Source: Candidatus Bathyarchaeia archaeon (GTDB taxonomy: Archaea; Thermoproteota; Bathyarchaeia; Bathyarchaeales; Bathycorpusculaceae). Taken from it: DNA of 64,000 nt. Positions 38,191 to 48,061 of the stretch are shown here, in pieces. Below the pieces are notes generated by a model. It was not told the origin of the DNA. It searched no databases and saw nothing but the letters and a program-made list of their open reading frames with translations. How positions within the stretch are numbered: position 1 is the first letter of the stretch; every line of letters starts with the position of its first letter. A program made the position numbers and the translations under genes. The stretch covers positions 128,001-192,000 of the forward strand of contig JBEKSS010000007.1 in the NCBI GenBank assembly GCA_049516875.1. Reading direction: 5' to 3'.

Positions 38191-38949
38191 TTGAAGGTTT
38201 TGCTTCATGAAATGAGCTGGTCTGAAGCTAAAGAGTACTTCACAAACAATGACACCGTGATTCTTCCGGTCGGTTCAAACGAGCAGCACGGGCCAGCGAA
38301 CCCGTTGGGAACAGACCATCTGATTGCCAAGAGTTTAGCTGAAGAAGTTGCCAAGCGAACAGGAGTGCTGTGTCTGCAGGTCATCCCGTTTGGCGTGAGT
38401 TCGCATCACAAACAGTTTTGGGGGACCATCTTCATTTCTCCGAAGACTTTCAAAAAGTACGTGGAAGAAACCTGTTTGTCGCTTAACTATTACGGTGTGC
38501 GAAAGATCTTGGTGGTTAACGGTCATGGAGGTAACTTGGCTGCACTTTCAGAGTTGGCCAGAGAGTTGAGGGAAGAAGGAATTTTCGTGTCCATTTTCCA
38601 ATGGTGGACTGCCACACCGAAGCTTCTTCCTGAGCTTTTCACCGCTGAAGAGAGGAGGCATGCTGGTGCTGAAGAGACATCGGTTAACTTGGCTTTGCAT
38701 CCGAACCTTGTGAACATGGATAAAGTCGTGGATGAGGGGCCTCGCAGACACGCATTGCAGATGGAGGGCATGACTCTGCCATTGAGTACGATGGACGAAA
38801 CGAGTTCAGGGGTGTATGGAAAGCAGTCAACCGCCTCTGCTGAAAAGGGAAGGAAAGTTGTCGAGGCAGTTGTGAATGAGCTTGTAAAACATGTTAATCT
38901 GCTCAAGAAGGCAAAGATGGCGGATTTGATGCAGAAGCCGAAGGTCTAG
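38191..38949 (+). CDS. Creatininase/creatinine amidohydrolase family protein
   Basis: PVGSNEQHG, GTD, S.HH, NGHGGN, HAG..ETS. Confidence 0.9.
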   Translation: MKVLLHEMSWSEAKEYFTNNDTVILPVGSNEQHGPANPLGTDHLIAKSLAEEVAKRTGVLCLQVIPFGVSSHHKQFWGTIFISPKTFKKYVEETCLSLNYYGVRKILVVNGHGGNLAALSELARELREEGIFVSIFQWWTATPKLLPELFTAEERRHAGAEETSVNLALHPNLVNMDKVVDEGPRRHALQMEGMTLPLSTMDETSSGVYGKQSTASAEKGRKVVEAVVNELVKHVNLLKKAKMADLMQKPKV

Positions 38950-39137
38950 CTGCTGGTCTTCGGTTTTCTGTTCAAGCCGTCGGTTACGCGCACAGGTGTT
39001 TCTGTGTTTCCCACGGAGTTACTTCGGTCTAGTCGGTTGGCCTGTTCGGCTGGTATTTCTCTGTCTTTCAGGTAGCCGAGCATGTCTGCAAAGCGCAGAA
39101 GGATGAAGTTGGCGTTCTTCGTCAGTCTAAGCAGGTG
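38946..39137 (-). pseudogene. Probable glutamine synthetase N-terminal remnant
   Basis: Minus frame LLRLTKNANFILLRFADMLGYLKDREIPAEQ resembles the GlnA beta-grasp start; upstream stop, rest of gene absent. Confidence 0.55.
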
Positions 39138-39312
39138 TCATAGTTTAGGATTGTTTCAAGCTTACCGTGTGCCACGTTGTTGCCTGCAGTGTGCAAATTG
39201 ATAACATAATGAAGTTTTCGTGTATATATATGAACTCCATTGCCGCGTTGAAAGGCAAATGCTAAATAAAAGATGTGAATGTTGGATGGATGTGCAATGA
39301 GGGTGTTAGGGC

Positions 39313-39756
39313 ATGCGTCTGGACGAGACAGATACCAAAATCTTGAAAGCGCTAACTGCGGACGCTAGGCTTTCTTCAAGGCAAATTGCCAAGCAGTGCG
39401 ACATTTCAATCGGCACGGTGCTGTCAAGGATAAAGAAGATGGAGAGTGAAGGCATAATAAATGGCTACACGGCGTTGCTGGATCAGGAGAAGCTCGGTTA
39501 TGAATTGACAGTTGTGACCGAAATAACAGTTTCAAAAGGAAGGCTCCTAGAAATGGAGAGTGAGATTGCTCGGATCCCCAACGTCTGCTGTGTATACGAT
39601 CTAACAGGTTTGGCGGACGCTGCGATAATCGCGAAATTCAAAAACCGAGAGGATCTGAGCAAATTCACAAAACATCTTCTATCACTAGCCTATGTGGAAC
39701 GCACAAACACACATGTGGTGTTGACAACCATAAAAGAGGATTTTCGAATAATCTAG
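39313..39756 (+). CDS. Lrp/AsnC family transcriptional regulator
   Basis: LDETD.KIL, DARLS, TV..RIKKME..GII.GY, VYDLTG. Confidence 0.93.
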   Translation: MRLDETDTKILKALTADARLSSRQIAKQCDISIGTVLSRIKKMESEGIINGYTALLDQEKLGYELTVVTEITVSKGRLLEMESEIARIPNVCCVYDLTGLADAAIIAKFKNREDLSKFTKHLLSLAYVERTNTHVVLTTIKEDFRII

Positions 39757-39857
39757 ACGGCATCGTCAACTACCCCGTTTTTCTCCTCGGCTTGACGAGG
39801 AATAGATAAGATTTAATTTAGGCCATAAATTAGAAGATAGAACGATTGGCTTTCAGA

Positions 39858-39945
39858 GCGGGGGTTGCCAAGCTTGGCCAAAGGCGTAGGCCTGAGGCGC
39901 CTATCCCGTAGGGGTTCGTGGGTTCAAATCCCACCCCCCGCACCA
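39858..39945 (+). tRNA. tRNA-Leu(GAG), CCA encoded, no intron
   Basis: GCGGGGG/CCCCCGC acceptor, TAGGC-CTGAGGC-GCCTA anticodon arm, long variable arm, GTGGG-TTCAAAT-CCCAC T arm. Confidence 0.97.
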
Positions 39946-40340
39946 CAATTTCAGGCATGATTCGAGCTTATTTCGGCAAAAAGAACCCAATTTAGGATGT
40001 TAGGAGAGGGGGTTGAAAATTGAACACACGTTTACCGGTAAAAGTGCTTGGCATCCGTAGCCGAGGATAGCTTCAAAACTCGTTCAAACTTTTTTTTGTT
40101 GAACACTATCGTTTTGCACCAAATTGCTAGTTAAATTACTCATAAATTTGCATGTTTTACTAGCATTCTGCCTAGTCACCCGAGAGCTCAGCATTTTTTT
40201 GCAGTCATGTCATGTAGCGCGCTATGTGTCACTTCAAACCGCATAAGGTGGACGGTTCACCAGTTTGTTTTCTTCCAACCGTACTTCTTCTAGGTGCGTG
40301 ACTCTTTCAGTTTACTCCTCTGAGTACTCTACTGCGGCGT

Positions 40341-40748
40341 TCAGATATCTCTTTCTTGCGTGCTTCTGTTTTTTATTCTATGCGCGGGGATTTTGCTGTA
40401 GGTTGATGAACACTTCTTTCTCTTTGAGCATTGCCTTGTTGCAGCCCATTTCAGGATCGGGATCACAGCTTCTCTGAGCCCTTCTCCATCTTTCGTCAAC
40501 GAGTACTCAACTCGAGGTGGGATTTCGGCAAATGATTCTCTCTTGAGTAGCCCTTCGTCTTGAAGTTGCTTTAGCGTGTCTGCAAGTGTCTTGGGACTTA
40601 TGCCCTTTAATTCTTCCATGAGTCTGTTGAACCTGAGGTTACCATAATTCCCGATTGCATTGATGATTAAAAGCGCCCATTTCTTGCTTATCACGTCTAT
40701 GATTCCTTCAAGCGGACAAAAACAAACTACGTCATTCTTGTTCTGCAT
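40341..40748 (-). CDS. HxlR family winged-helix regulator
   Basis: CPL, KKW..LI, RFNRL, ISPKTL, EIPPRVEYSLT..G. Confidence 0.92.
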   Translation of the reverse strand: MQNKNDVVCFCPLEGIIDVISKKWALLIINAIGNYGNLRFNRLMEELKGISPKTLADTLKQLQDEGLLKRESFAEIPPRVEYSLTKDGEGLREAVIPILKWAATRQCSKRKKCSSTYSKIPAHRIKNRSTQERDI

Positions 40749-40849
40749 GCCCGTCACTTTCCTTCCACATAGCAACTATCTCGCTATAAACTTGATAGCA
40801 TAAATACTTTACTTCTGATAGTGTAAGAAAAAGAGAGGTGAGATAACAC

Positions 40850-41050
40850 ATGGACGATGAATGTGGTTGCGGCATGAATCATCGGAGGTATGAGGGTTAC
40901 TGTGGATGTGGTATGCATGGAGAGGGACACGGTTACAGAAGACGGTTTCTAACGAAGGCCGAGAAGATGGAGAAGCTGAAGAGCTATGCAGACGAGCTGA
41001 AGAATGAGCTCAAGGCCGTGGAAGAGAAGATCAAAGAAATGCAGAGTTGA
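40850..41050 (+). CDS. Small Cys/His/Gly-rich coiled-coil protein (DUF5320-like)
   Basis: CGCG repeats then RRFLTKAE..EKL..Y..EL..EL; GAGGTG RBS; divergent from HxlR. Confidence 0.7.
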   Translation: MDDECGCGMNHRRYEGYCGCGMHGEGHGYRRRFLTKAEKMEKLKSYADELKNELKAVEEKIKEMQS

Positions 41051-41261
41051 AAAACATCCAAGCCTGAAGCTTAGGGTGGCGTTTGATAAACGATTGGGAA
41101 AGTTGGCACAGAATCGGTGGTCTCAAACAATGGGTGAGCAAACATCTTCATTTACCCCCCATTTTTAGGTTGGAAAGTTGGTGGAGTGATCGATCGATCA
41201 TAAGAAGCTTGGAACGCCTGACCATACTAGGTATACAAGAACCACATTAGGACGGAAATCA

Positions 41262-42242
41262 ATGAGTCTTGCCTTAGACGTTCATAATCTGACAAAACAG
41301 TTTGGTCACACCCTTGCAGTGGACAACATCTCATTCACAGTCAATCAAGGCGAAATCTTCGGGTTCCTAGGACCCAACGGCGCAGGCAAGACTACAACGA
41401 TACGAATGCTCACGGGACAGACTAGACCTACCTCGGGCTCGCTCAGAGTCGCTGGCATGGATATGGTTCGAGAGCCAAATAGGGCAAAGGGGTGCATGGG
41501 GGTTGTGCCCGAAGTCTCCAACATCTATGATGAAATGAGCGCTTGGGACAACCTCATTTTTGCAGCTCAGCTCTACGGAGTGCCTAAGAATGAGCGGAAA
41601 AAGAGGGCGAAAGAACTTCTGGAGCTCTTTGGACTTCACGAACGTCTTGCAGATCGTGCAGGCAACTTTTCCAAGGGCATGAAAAGAAGATTGACGATAG
41701 CCGCTGCCCTCATTCATAAACCTAGCATCCTTTTCCTAGACGAACCCACTTCTGGCTTAGACGTCCAAAGCTCGCGGATGATCCGGAACCTGACGAAGGA
41801 CCTCAACAAGGATGGCGCGACCATTTTTCTCACCACACACTACATTGAAGAAGCTGATCAACTGTGCCAACGCGTCGCTATGGTCAATCGAGGAAGAATA
41901 GTTGCTGTTGACAATCCCGAGAAACTGAAGGCGTCTGTGGAGAAACATCAAATCATTGAAGTGTCTTTTGACAAGACGCAGAATCTGGAACGTAAACTAG
42001 CGAGCTTGAAATATTCAAGCAAGGTTACACAGGTTGGCGACAAATTCAGGCTCCATGTGAGGAATACTTCTGAGGTCGTTCCGCTTCTGGTTGATTTTGC
42101 CAGAGAAAACGGCTTGAAGATCGTATCGATCAACACTTTGAATCCAAGTTTGGAGGATGCTTTTGTCGAAATGACAGGGCTCAGCCCCGAGGTCATGGCA
42201 ACTGAAAAAGAACAAGGCAAGAAGGCTGCAAATCTTGGCTAG
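41262..42242 (+). CDS. ABC exporter ATP-binding protein (DrrA-like)
   Basis: GPNGAGKTT, FSKGMK, LDEPT, TTHYIEEA. Confidence 0.93.
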   Translation: MSLALDVHNLTKQFGHTLAVDNISFTVNQGEIFGFLGPNGAGKTTTIRMLTGQTRPTSGSLRVAGMDMVREPNRAKGCMGVVPEVSNIYDEMSAWDNLIFAAQLYGVPKNERKKRAKELLELFGLHERLADRAGNFSKGMKRRLTIAAALIHKPSILFLDEPTSGLDVQSSRMIRNLTKDLNKDGATIFLTTHYIEEADQLCQRVAMVNRGRIVAVDNPEKLKASVEKHQIIEVSFDKTQNLERKLASLKYSSKVTQVGDKFRLHVRNTSEVVPLLVDFARENGLKIVSINTLNPSLEDAFVEMTGLSPEVMATEKEQGKKAANLG

Positions 42243-42978
42243 AGCATGGGCTGATAGTCTAATCAAAGCATTTTATATCGCAAAGAAAGACGCAAAGGTC
42301 TACTACTTCAAAGCGCCAAACTTCACTTACGGTCTTCTAATCCCTGTTTCATTATACTTGGCCTTCAGTATGGCTGGTGAAATCAGTTCAAAGCTGATTG
42401 TGGCGGGACTGACTTCTCTCGTCATGCTTTTCGGAACAACGTCGATTGAAGCGGTAGCAGTGGTCCTTGAGAAGCAAACTGGAACTTTTGAGAGATTGCT
42501 TGCTGCGCCCATTTCCTTATTCACTATTGTTCTTGGAAAAGCATTAGCCGGCTTTTTCTTCGGCCTCATACTCGCAGGTGCGGTTCTTTTTCCTCTGGCG
42601 ACTCTCTCCGGTATAGTTGTGATGAACCCTATGCTAGCTGTTATTGCGATCGCGTTTACCTCGCTGGCATTCTCAGCCTTGGGTATTATCGCTTCTGCCT
42701 ATGCAAAATGGGTTCCGGAAGCGCAGATGCTTTCAAACTTTCTGAGGTTCCCAATGGTTTTTCTTTCAGGAACCTTCACAGCCCTGGAGACCTTGCCTCC
42801 TCAATTGCAGGTCGTTGCTCGTTTCCTGCCTCTCACCTACTCTGTTGAAGCGTTGAGGAGTTCCGTTGGTGAATCAGCAGTCACTTACACTTACATCCTA
42901 GACATTGTTGTGTTGGCTTTGTTTAGCATCGTATTGCTAGTCTTATCTGCTAAGGTACTTGAAAAAAGAATCGCCTGA
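42235..42978 (+). CDS. ABC-2 type permease
   Basis: EK..GTFERLL.AP, FLSG.F, PLTY.V. Confidence 0.9.
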   Translation: MARAWADSLIKAFYIAKKDAKVYYFKAPNFTYGLLIPVSLYLAFSMAGEISSKLIVAGLTSLVMLFGTTSIEAVAVVLEKQTGTFERLLAAPISLFTIVLGKALAGFFFGLILAGAVLFPLATLSGIVVMNPMLAVIAIAFTSLAFSALGIIASAYAKWVPEAQMLSNFLRFPMVFLSGTFTALETLPPQLQVVARFLPLTYSVEALRSSVGESAVTYTYILDIVVLALFSIVLLVLSAKVLEKRIA

Positions 42979-42989
42979 TATCGCGAAAA

Positions 42990-43706
42990 TCACTTGTGTT
43001 CATGGATCCAGCCATAGTCGGCGTAGACCTTTCTTATCGGTCCTGAAGTTAGGAAATCGATGAACCTCTCAGACAACTCTGCATCCTTACTATAGGAGAT
43101 TATGCCTGCCACAGTGCTTCTGAAGATCTGAAGATTCGGGGGGAGCTCGATTATTTCGCAAGTGTCTGGCCAGACGCCTTGGAATGCGTTCCAGCCGAAT
43201 ATGGCGTCAACCTTGTCTGAGTGGATTAGACTCATGAGAGAGCCGCATGCGTCTGCATGATGGGTGATGTTTCGACGTATCTGGTCTGTCAATCCTGCTT
43301 TGGTCGCTACGTCGTCCCACACGCCCTTCAGGCATCCATCAACGGCTATTCCGATTCGAACGTCTTTCCTGCAAAGGTCTTTGAGAGAAGCGATCTTTGC
43401 TGGGTTTCCAACGGGAACAATTATCACAGATCTTCGATAGCCCAGACTCTTTCTTGAGCCTTTAAGTATCAACCCTTGATCTTCTGCATCATCTAGAATG
43501 TACTCGGCTCCCGAAGAGAAGACGTCGCCTTTTTTTAACTTCGCAATTTCGTTCAGGAGGTCTCCTGGTTTGCCTATTCTTAAGTCGCATTTTACCTTGG
43601 AGTCTTTCTCAAAAATAGCAATCGCATCACGGAGAGGTGGAGCAACCGCCCCAGCAGAATACACCTTAAACTGCCCTTTTTCAGATTCCATAGACCTTCT
43701 TACCAA
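42990..43706 (-). CDS. ModA-like substrate-binding-fold protein without signal peptide
   Basis: VYSAGAV..P, GDVF.SG, IIVP.GNP.KI.SL.DL, FIDFL.S..YG. Confidence 0.75.
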   Translation of the reverse strand: MVRRSMESEKGQFKVYSAGAVAPPLRDAIAIFEKDSKVKCDLRIGKPGDLLNEIAKLKKGDVFSSGAEYILDDAEDQGLILKGSRKSLGYRRSVIIVPVGNPAKIASLKDLCRKDVRIGIAVDGCLKGVWDDVATKAGLTDQIRRNITHHADACGSLMSLIHSDKVDAIFGWNAFQGVWPDTCEIIELPPNLQIFRSTVAGIISYSKDAELSERFIDFLTSGPIRKVYADYGWIHEHK

Positions 43707-43821
43707 GCCTGCCTCCCCTTCTGATGAATAATAATCATCAAGACCTGCACAAATTGCTTTCGAATTCTGCGAAAAATTACACGTGGTTCATATACGAAAA
43801 GCAATTGAAACGCGATGATTT

Positions 43822-43850
43822 TGGTAGCCTGGGAGAGTTTCGAACTCTCG
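43822..43850 (-). repeat. tRNA 3'-end fragment (Gln-like), probable att remnant
   Basis: Minus strand C-GAGAG-TTCGAAA-CTCTC-CCAGGCT-A-CCA: complete T arm, acceptor 3' strand and CCA; no 5' half. Confidence 0.75.
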
Positions 43851-43896
43851 GCGAGCATAATCTGAGCATATTTTTGCCGGTAAAATAAGGTGGGGG

Positions 43897-43943
43897 TCCC
43901 ACCCCCCGCACTTTAATTTCGGGCTTGGTTTGAGCTTATTTCG
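43897..43943 (+). repeat. Direct repeat of tRNA-Leu 3' end and downstream flank (attR-like)
   Basis: TCCCACCCCCCGCAC identical to 39929..39943; next 32 bp 25/32 identical. Confidence 0.85.
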
Positions 43944-44084
43944 TCTAGCGGATAATCGGACCTGGATGCAGGTCATCCTTTTTCTAGGCCTCAGTCTATC
44001 TAAATTGGTTTCTAAGAACCCTTATATCAATTGATACTCTGAAACTCTATCCGTTGAGGAATTACACTTTGACTGAAGTCAAAA

Positions 44085-44753
44085 GTGAGAACGTCAAACA
44101 TAAAATTGGGTTCTGCAGAGTCTGGTGCCGGAGCGCGCGCGATGACTAGGAAACGCAGGCGAACACACAGAAAGGGCCTCATCATTTCTGCTGTACTTCT
44201 TCTCGTAGGATTGTCTTCAATTCTTGGTTTTTGGTTCCTTGGACAGAACCTGAACCCTGACTTTCAGCGGTTTAGAGATCACTACTTGGGAATAATGGAG
44301 AACTTGAACTCCAGCGAAACCAAGCTTGCTATGATGTCACAACTTGACCGGAAATACAATTTCACCGATCTCTTCACGTGGGAACACAGCAAGCTCAACT
44401 TCACTTCCGATCTGCAAGGCAATTGGCTTGAAGAACCAATGGCGATCCTGAATAGCGGAAGAGGCATATGCGTGCAGTTCAGCGTTGTCTACGTCTCAGC
44501 ATGTCTGGCGCTCGACATCCAAAGCAGACTCGTAGTGGCAGTCAACGCAACAACTTGGACAACCATCCACGTTTGGGCCGAAGTAAACCTCAACAACAGC
44601 TGGGTTCACGTGGACCCGTCTGACCAAGTTTGGAACCAAGCCTCAAGATACCAAAGGTGGGATTGGGGCGAAGGCATAGGACGAGACGTGAAAATCTACG
44701 CTTTTGAGCCGGGAAAATGCGAAGACGTGACACAACATTACGGAACCAGCTGA
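44085..44753 (+). CDS. Membrane-anchored transglutaminase-like protein
   Basis: N-terminal TM; GICVQF, HVWAEV, W.HVDP Cys-His-Asp triad. Confidence 0.82.
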   Translation: MRTSNIKLGSAESGAGARAMTRKRRRTHRKGLIISAVLLLVGLSSILGFWFLGQNLNPDFQRFRDHYLGIMENLNSSETKLAMMSQLDRKYNFTDLFTWEHSKLNFTSDLQGNWLEEPMAILNSGRGICVQFSVVYVSACLALDIQSRLVVAVNATTWTTIHVWAEVNLNNSWVHVDPSDQVWNQASRYQRWDWGEGIGRDVKIYAFEPGKCEDVTQHYGTS

Positions 44754-44996
44754 GTCAAACCATGTTTTCACATGTTCGCCCGCGCAAACAGTGCACGCGC
44801 CAGAATGTTACGCTGCACCTCAGCTATCTCCCCTTCAGAGTAGCGCGCAAAGTCGTATGTAACAATTGATGAACTTCTCAACATTGCCATAAGGGCTCTC
44901 GAATTTCAAATTGTAGCAAAAAGGGTCGTGGAAAAAGACTTTTTCAGAGCCCATCGAGCTTACTTTGCACTACATCGACGCGTGCACGTCAGCACG

Positions 44997-45572
44997 TTAC
45001 TTCAGAAACTCTGAAACCTCGTCAACTGTTCTTCTCGGCCTCGGAGCCGAAGTAGATGCTGGCCAACCAAGCGTAACCGCGGCCACGAGCGTCCACGACT
45101 TGCTGACATGCTTGGTTAGCGCGTTTGAAGCAAAATAGATATCGCAGATCCAGAGCGAGCCTAGTCCGAGACTGTGGGCTTTGAGAAGCATGTTTTGGAT
45201 CGCCGCCGCTACGCTCTGCAATGAAGGTTTGGAGATCCGAGGATGGTCCGCATCCCAGACCATGATCAGCACGGGCGCCTGCTCCATGATCGCGCAACTC
45301 ATGAAAGAAGACCCCATCCGCCCTCTGCCAACCCTCTTTAACCGCGTCTCAAGCTTCGACCTGAACAAATCTGTGAGCCTCTTCTTAGCGTCACCCGTCA
45401 AGACGGTGAACCGCCACATTTGCCTATTCCTAGCCGAAGGCGCCCAAGTCCCAGCGCCCAAAACCTGACGAACGAGTTCGGTAGGCACTGCTTTGTCCAT
45501 GTATTCGCGGATGCTTCGTCTTCCCGTTATCGCTTCATCAAGCTCCATGACGACCGCCTTGATCGATTTCAA
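44997..45572 (-). CDS. Nitroreductase family protein
   Basis: RRSIR.Y, APSA.N.Q.W.F, AAIQNMLL.A.SLGLGSLW. Confidence 0.92.
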   Translation of the reverse strand: MKSIKAVVMELDEAITGRRSIREYMDKAVPTELVRQVLGAGTWAPSARNRQMWRFTVLTGDAKKRLTDLFRSKLETRLKRVGRGRMGSSFMSCAIMEQAPVLIMVWDADHPRISKPSLQSVAAAIQNMLLKAHSLGLGSLWICDIYFASNALTKHVSKSWTLVAAVTLGWPASTSAPRPRRTVDEVSEFLK

Positions 45573-45689
45573 CCTGTCACCGTGCTCTTAAGATTTGCCA
45601 ATTGTCGACTTGAGCGGACACTGGCTGCGCAGATTGGGGCGCAAAAACCCTTTTATCTTTCTCTCCAAGACCAGATTCAGGGTGTGGAC

Positions 45690-46409
45690 ATGCGGGTCGA
45701 GGCTGTGCTTTTTGATCTTTTCGACACTCTGCTGCTGCTTGAGCCTGCAGAAGTTTACTATGAGCCTTGCTTGAGGAGGCTTCATGAATCTTTGGTCGAA
45801 AATGGGATCGAGGTCGCTTTTGAGGATTTCAGCCGCGTCTACTTCGAGGTTCGGGATAAATATTATTCCGAGTCTCGCCAGAGCCTGGAGGAACCCCACT
45901 TCAACGTTCGGGTTGCCCAGACACTGCAGAAGCTCGGTTTCAATCTTGATGTCTCCAACCCAATTGTGTCAGGGGCAACGGGGGCGTTTGCAGACGAATT
46001 CATGCGTTACGTAAGCATAGACGACGATGCGATCAATGTGCTGCAGAAACTATGCGGAAAATACAAGCTTGGCTTAATATCAAATTTCGGTATCCCCGAA
46101 TGTGGTAGACAGCTCCTAAGCCGTTTTGGTTTGAGCAGGTTTTTCGATTTGATAGTGATTAGCGGGGAAGTTAACCAGAGAAAGCCTAGCCCCAAAATCT
46201 TTGAGAGGGCATTGGATGCTTTGAACGTGCACCCTTTAAAAGCCGTGTTCATTGGAGACATGCTGGATTTAGACATCATAGGCCCAAAAAAAGTTGGCAT
46301 GAAAACCATCCTGATAGAAAGAAGACCCATGCAAGATCACGCTGAGGTTAAACCAGACAAGGTTGTCAAAAGTCTAACTGAGCTCTTGAACATTCTCGAT
46401 GATTGCTAA
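45690..46409 (+). CDS. HAD superfamily hydrolase
   Basis: FDLFDTL, ISN, KPSP.IF, IGD...DI.G; ATG 45690. Confidence 0.9.
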   Translation: MRVEAVLFDLFDTLLLLEPAEVYYEPCLRRLHESLVENGIEVAFEDFSRVYFEVRDKYYSESRQSLEEPHFNVRVAQTLQKLGFNLDVSNPIVSGATGAFADEFMRYVSIDDDAINVLQKLCGKYKLGLISNFGIPECGRQLLSRFGLSRFFDLIVISGEVNQRKPSPKIFERALDALNVHPLKAVFIGDMLDLDIIGPKKVGMKTILIERRPMQDHAEVKPDKVVKSLTELLNILDDC

Positions 46410-46569
46410 CCGAAGAAAAAGACACCAAGCGCGTGCCATATCGTGACGAATAGAAATGCGCGCTTATATTAGCATTATTTCCGCTCGCATTTCTCAAATC
46501 TGGACGCTCTGTCCGCTTCTGCCATATCATTCCATACACGCATGTTTGTGAACATAGACAAGATTGGTG

Positions 46570-47871
46570 TTATATCAGTAGTTTCTTTTTTGCGAGATAT
46601 CTTCTTGTTTCCCGGTACGCTTCTATTCTTTGTTTGGCGGTGAAATCTGCGGTTTCGAAAACGGGGTAGGTGTCTTCAACGTCGTCTACGGGCCAGTTCA
46701 AAAGCTCCTCCCGATCGTAGCCAAGCCAGTGCCCGCTCTTGTCTACCCAACACCAGAACTCGGTCCCAGGAATGGGCGTAGCCAAGCTCAGATGAACTCC
46801 GTCAACCTTGATTCGCTCAACAAACCTCCTTATCTTGTCAACAACTTTCACAGTGTCGCCTGGATTCCCAATCATGAGAAAAACATTAGCCTTGATTCCA
46901 GCTTCATGCGTCAGCATGGTTGCCTTGTCCACTTGATCTAGAGCTATGCCTTTCTTAATTCTATTCAGAACCTCAGGGTCTACTGATTCAACACCGTAGT
47001 TGATGGCTGTGCAGCCTGCCTTCTTCATTTTTATCAGTAGCCCTTCGGTTACAGAGTCAACCCTTATGCCGTTCCATAAGTAAAAGCCAAGCTTCCATTT
47101 CTTGGCAATTATTCCGTCAAGAATCTTCTCAGCCCTGTCCAAATCAAACGTGAAATTATCGTCCAGAAAACTCAGGCCATTAACTCCATAGTGCTTTCTC
47201 AAGTGCTCGATTTCTGTCAACACGTATTCGGGGCTGTGACCACGCCAGCGCCTACCATAAACCGAACGCGAACAGAAAGCACACTGATAAGGGCAACCCC
47301 TAGAAGTAAAAAGAACCCCGCCATTATCACCGTAAGACTTCATAGGCAGCTTTTCTCTGGCAGGAAAAGGCAAACCATCTAAAGCCTCAACGGGATCCCT
47401 TGAAGGATTACTCCTAGTCTTGCTTCCATGGTGGAAAATCAAGCCGTTAACATCACTTAGATCCTGCTTGTTCTGCAATCTTTCCAAGAGTTCAACAAAA
47501 GTAACCTCGCCTTCGCCAACAACAACCGCGTCGATTTCCCGGTGCCTAACTAGCATCGCCTCACCCATTATACTGGCATATGGACCACCGACAACTACAA
47601 AACACTCAGGAAAATGAGTCTTCACTTTGCTAACGACAGCAAGAGCCTGACGGGCATTTCCAATTGCAGAGGAAACCCCAACAACTTCAGGCCTCTCACG
47701 AGACAAAGACTCTTCGAGAGCGACTGAAGACTCAACGTTCAAGTCGATGATTTTCGCTTCAAATCCTTTATTCTTCAACATGGCCGCCAGATAGCCTAAT
47801 CCAAGAGGGGGAACCCGAAACAAACTCTTTCCAACGGGCTGAACCAAGACAGCTTTCATGATATCCAACAA
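46570..47871 (-). CDS. B12-binding domain radical SAM protein
   Basis: PPLGL.YLAA, GGP, GEGE, TSRGCPYQCAFC, DDNF, GVES. Confidence 0.9.
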   Translation of the reverse strand: MLDIMKAVLVQPVGKSLFRVPPLGLGYLAAMLKNKGFEAKIIDLNVESSVALEESLSRERPEVVGVSSAIGNARQALAVVSKVKTHFPECFVVVGGPYASIMGEAMLVRHREIDAVVVGEGEVTFVELLERLQNKQDLSDVNGLIFHHGSKTRSNPSRDPVEALDGLPFPAREKLPMKSYGDNGGVLFTSRGCPYQCAFCSRSVYGRRWRGHSPEYVLTEIEHLRKHYGVNGLSFLDDNFTFDLDRAEKILDGIIAKKWKLGFYLWNGIRVDSVTEGLLIKMKKAGCTAINYGVESVDPEVLNRIKKGIALDQVDKATMLTHEAGIKANVFLMIGNPGDTVKVVDKIRRFVERIKVDGVHLSLATPIPGTEFWCWVDKSGHWLGYDREELLNWPVDDVEDTYPVFETADFTAKQRIEAYRETRRYLAKKKLLI

Positions 47872-48061
47872 CTAGCAGGAAATACCAAATAAGCCTGCCG
47901 TTAACAGTCCAAGCCCGCTTTAGTGTTGATGATACAGGAAATGATAGATACATCAAAGAAGGAACGAAGAAACCTAAAATTGTCCTCAATTCCAGAAGTA
48001 ACAAGACGCGTGTTTGATGATTATCTGTTTAAGAGTCCAAGGCGTTCGCGGGATTGGCCAG

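Larger units (their letters stand above)
39929..43943. mobile_element. tRNA-Leu-anchored integrase-less genomic islet
   Basis: 39929..39975 repeated at 43897..43943 (first 15 bp identical, 40/47 overall); accessory cargo between. Confidence 0.65.

Noticed and set aside
43822-43880. Split or permuted tRNA gene half
   Set aside because: Fragment starts at about the T arm, with no anticodon arm, bulge-helix-bulge or complementary leader seen; att remnant is more parsimonious.
43788-43976. 62-aa ORF
   Set aside because: Spans the two tRNA-derived fragments; spurious.
45420-45689. 90-aa N-terminal extension of the HAD ORF
   Set aside because: Overlaps the divergent nitroreductase; HAD motif I begins right after ATG 45690.
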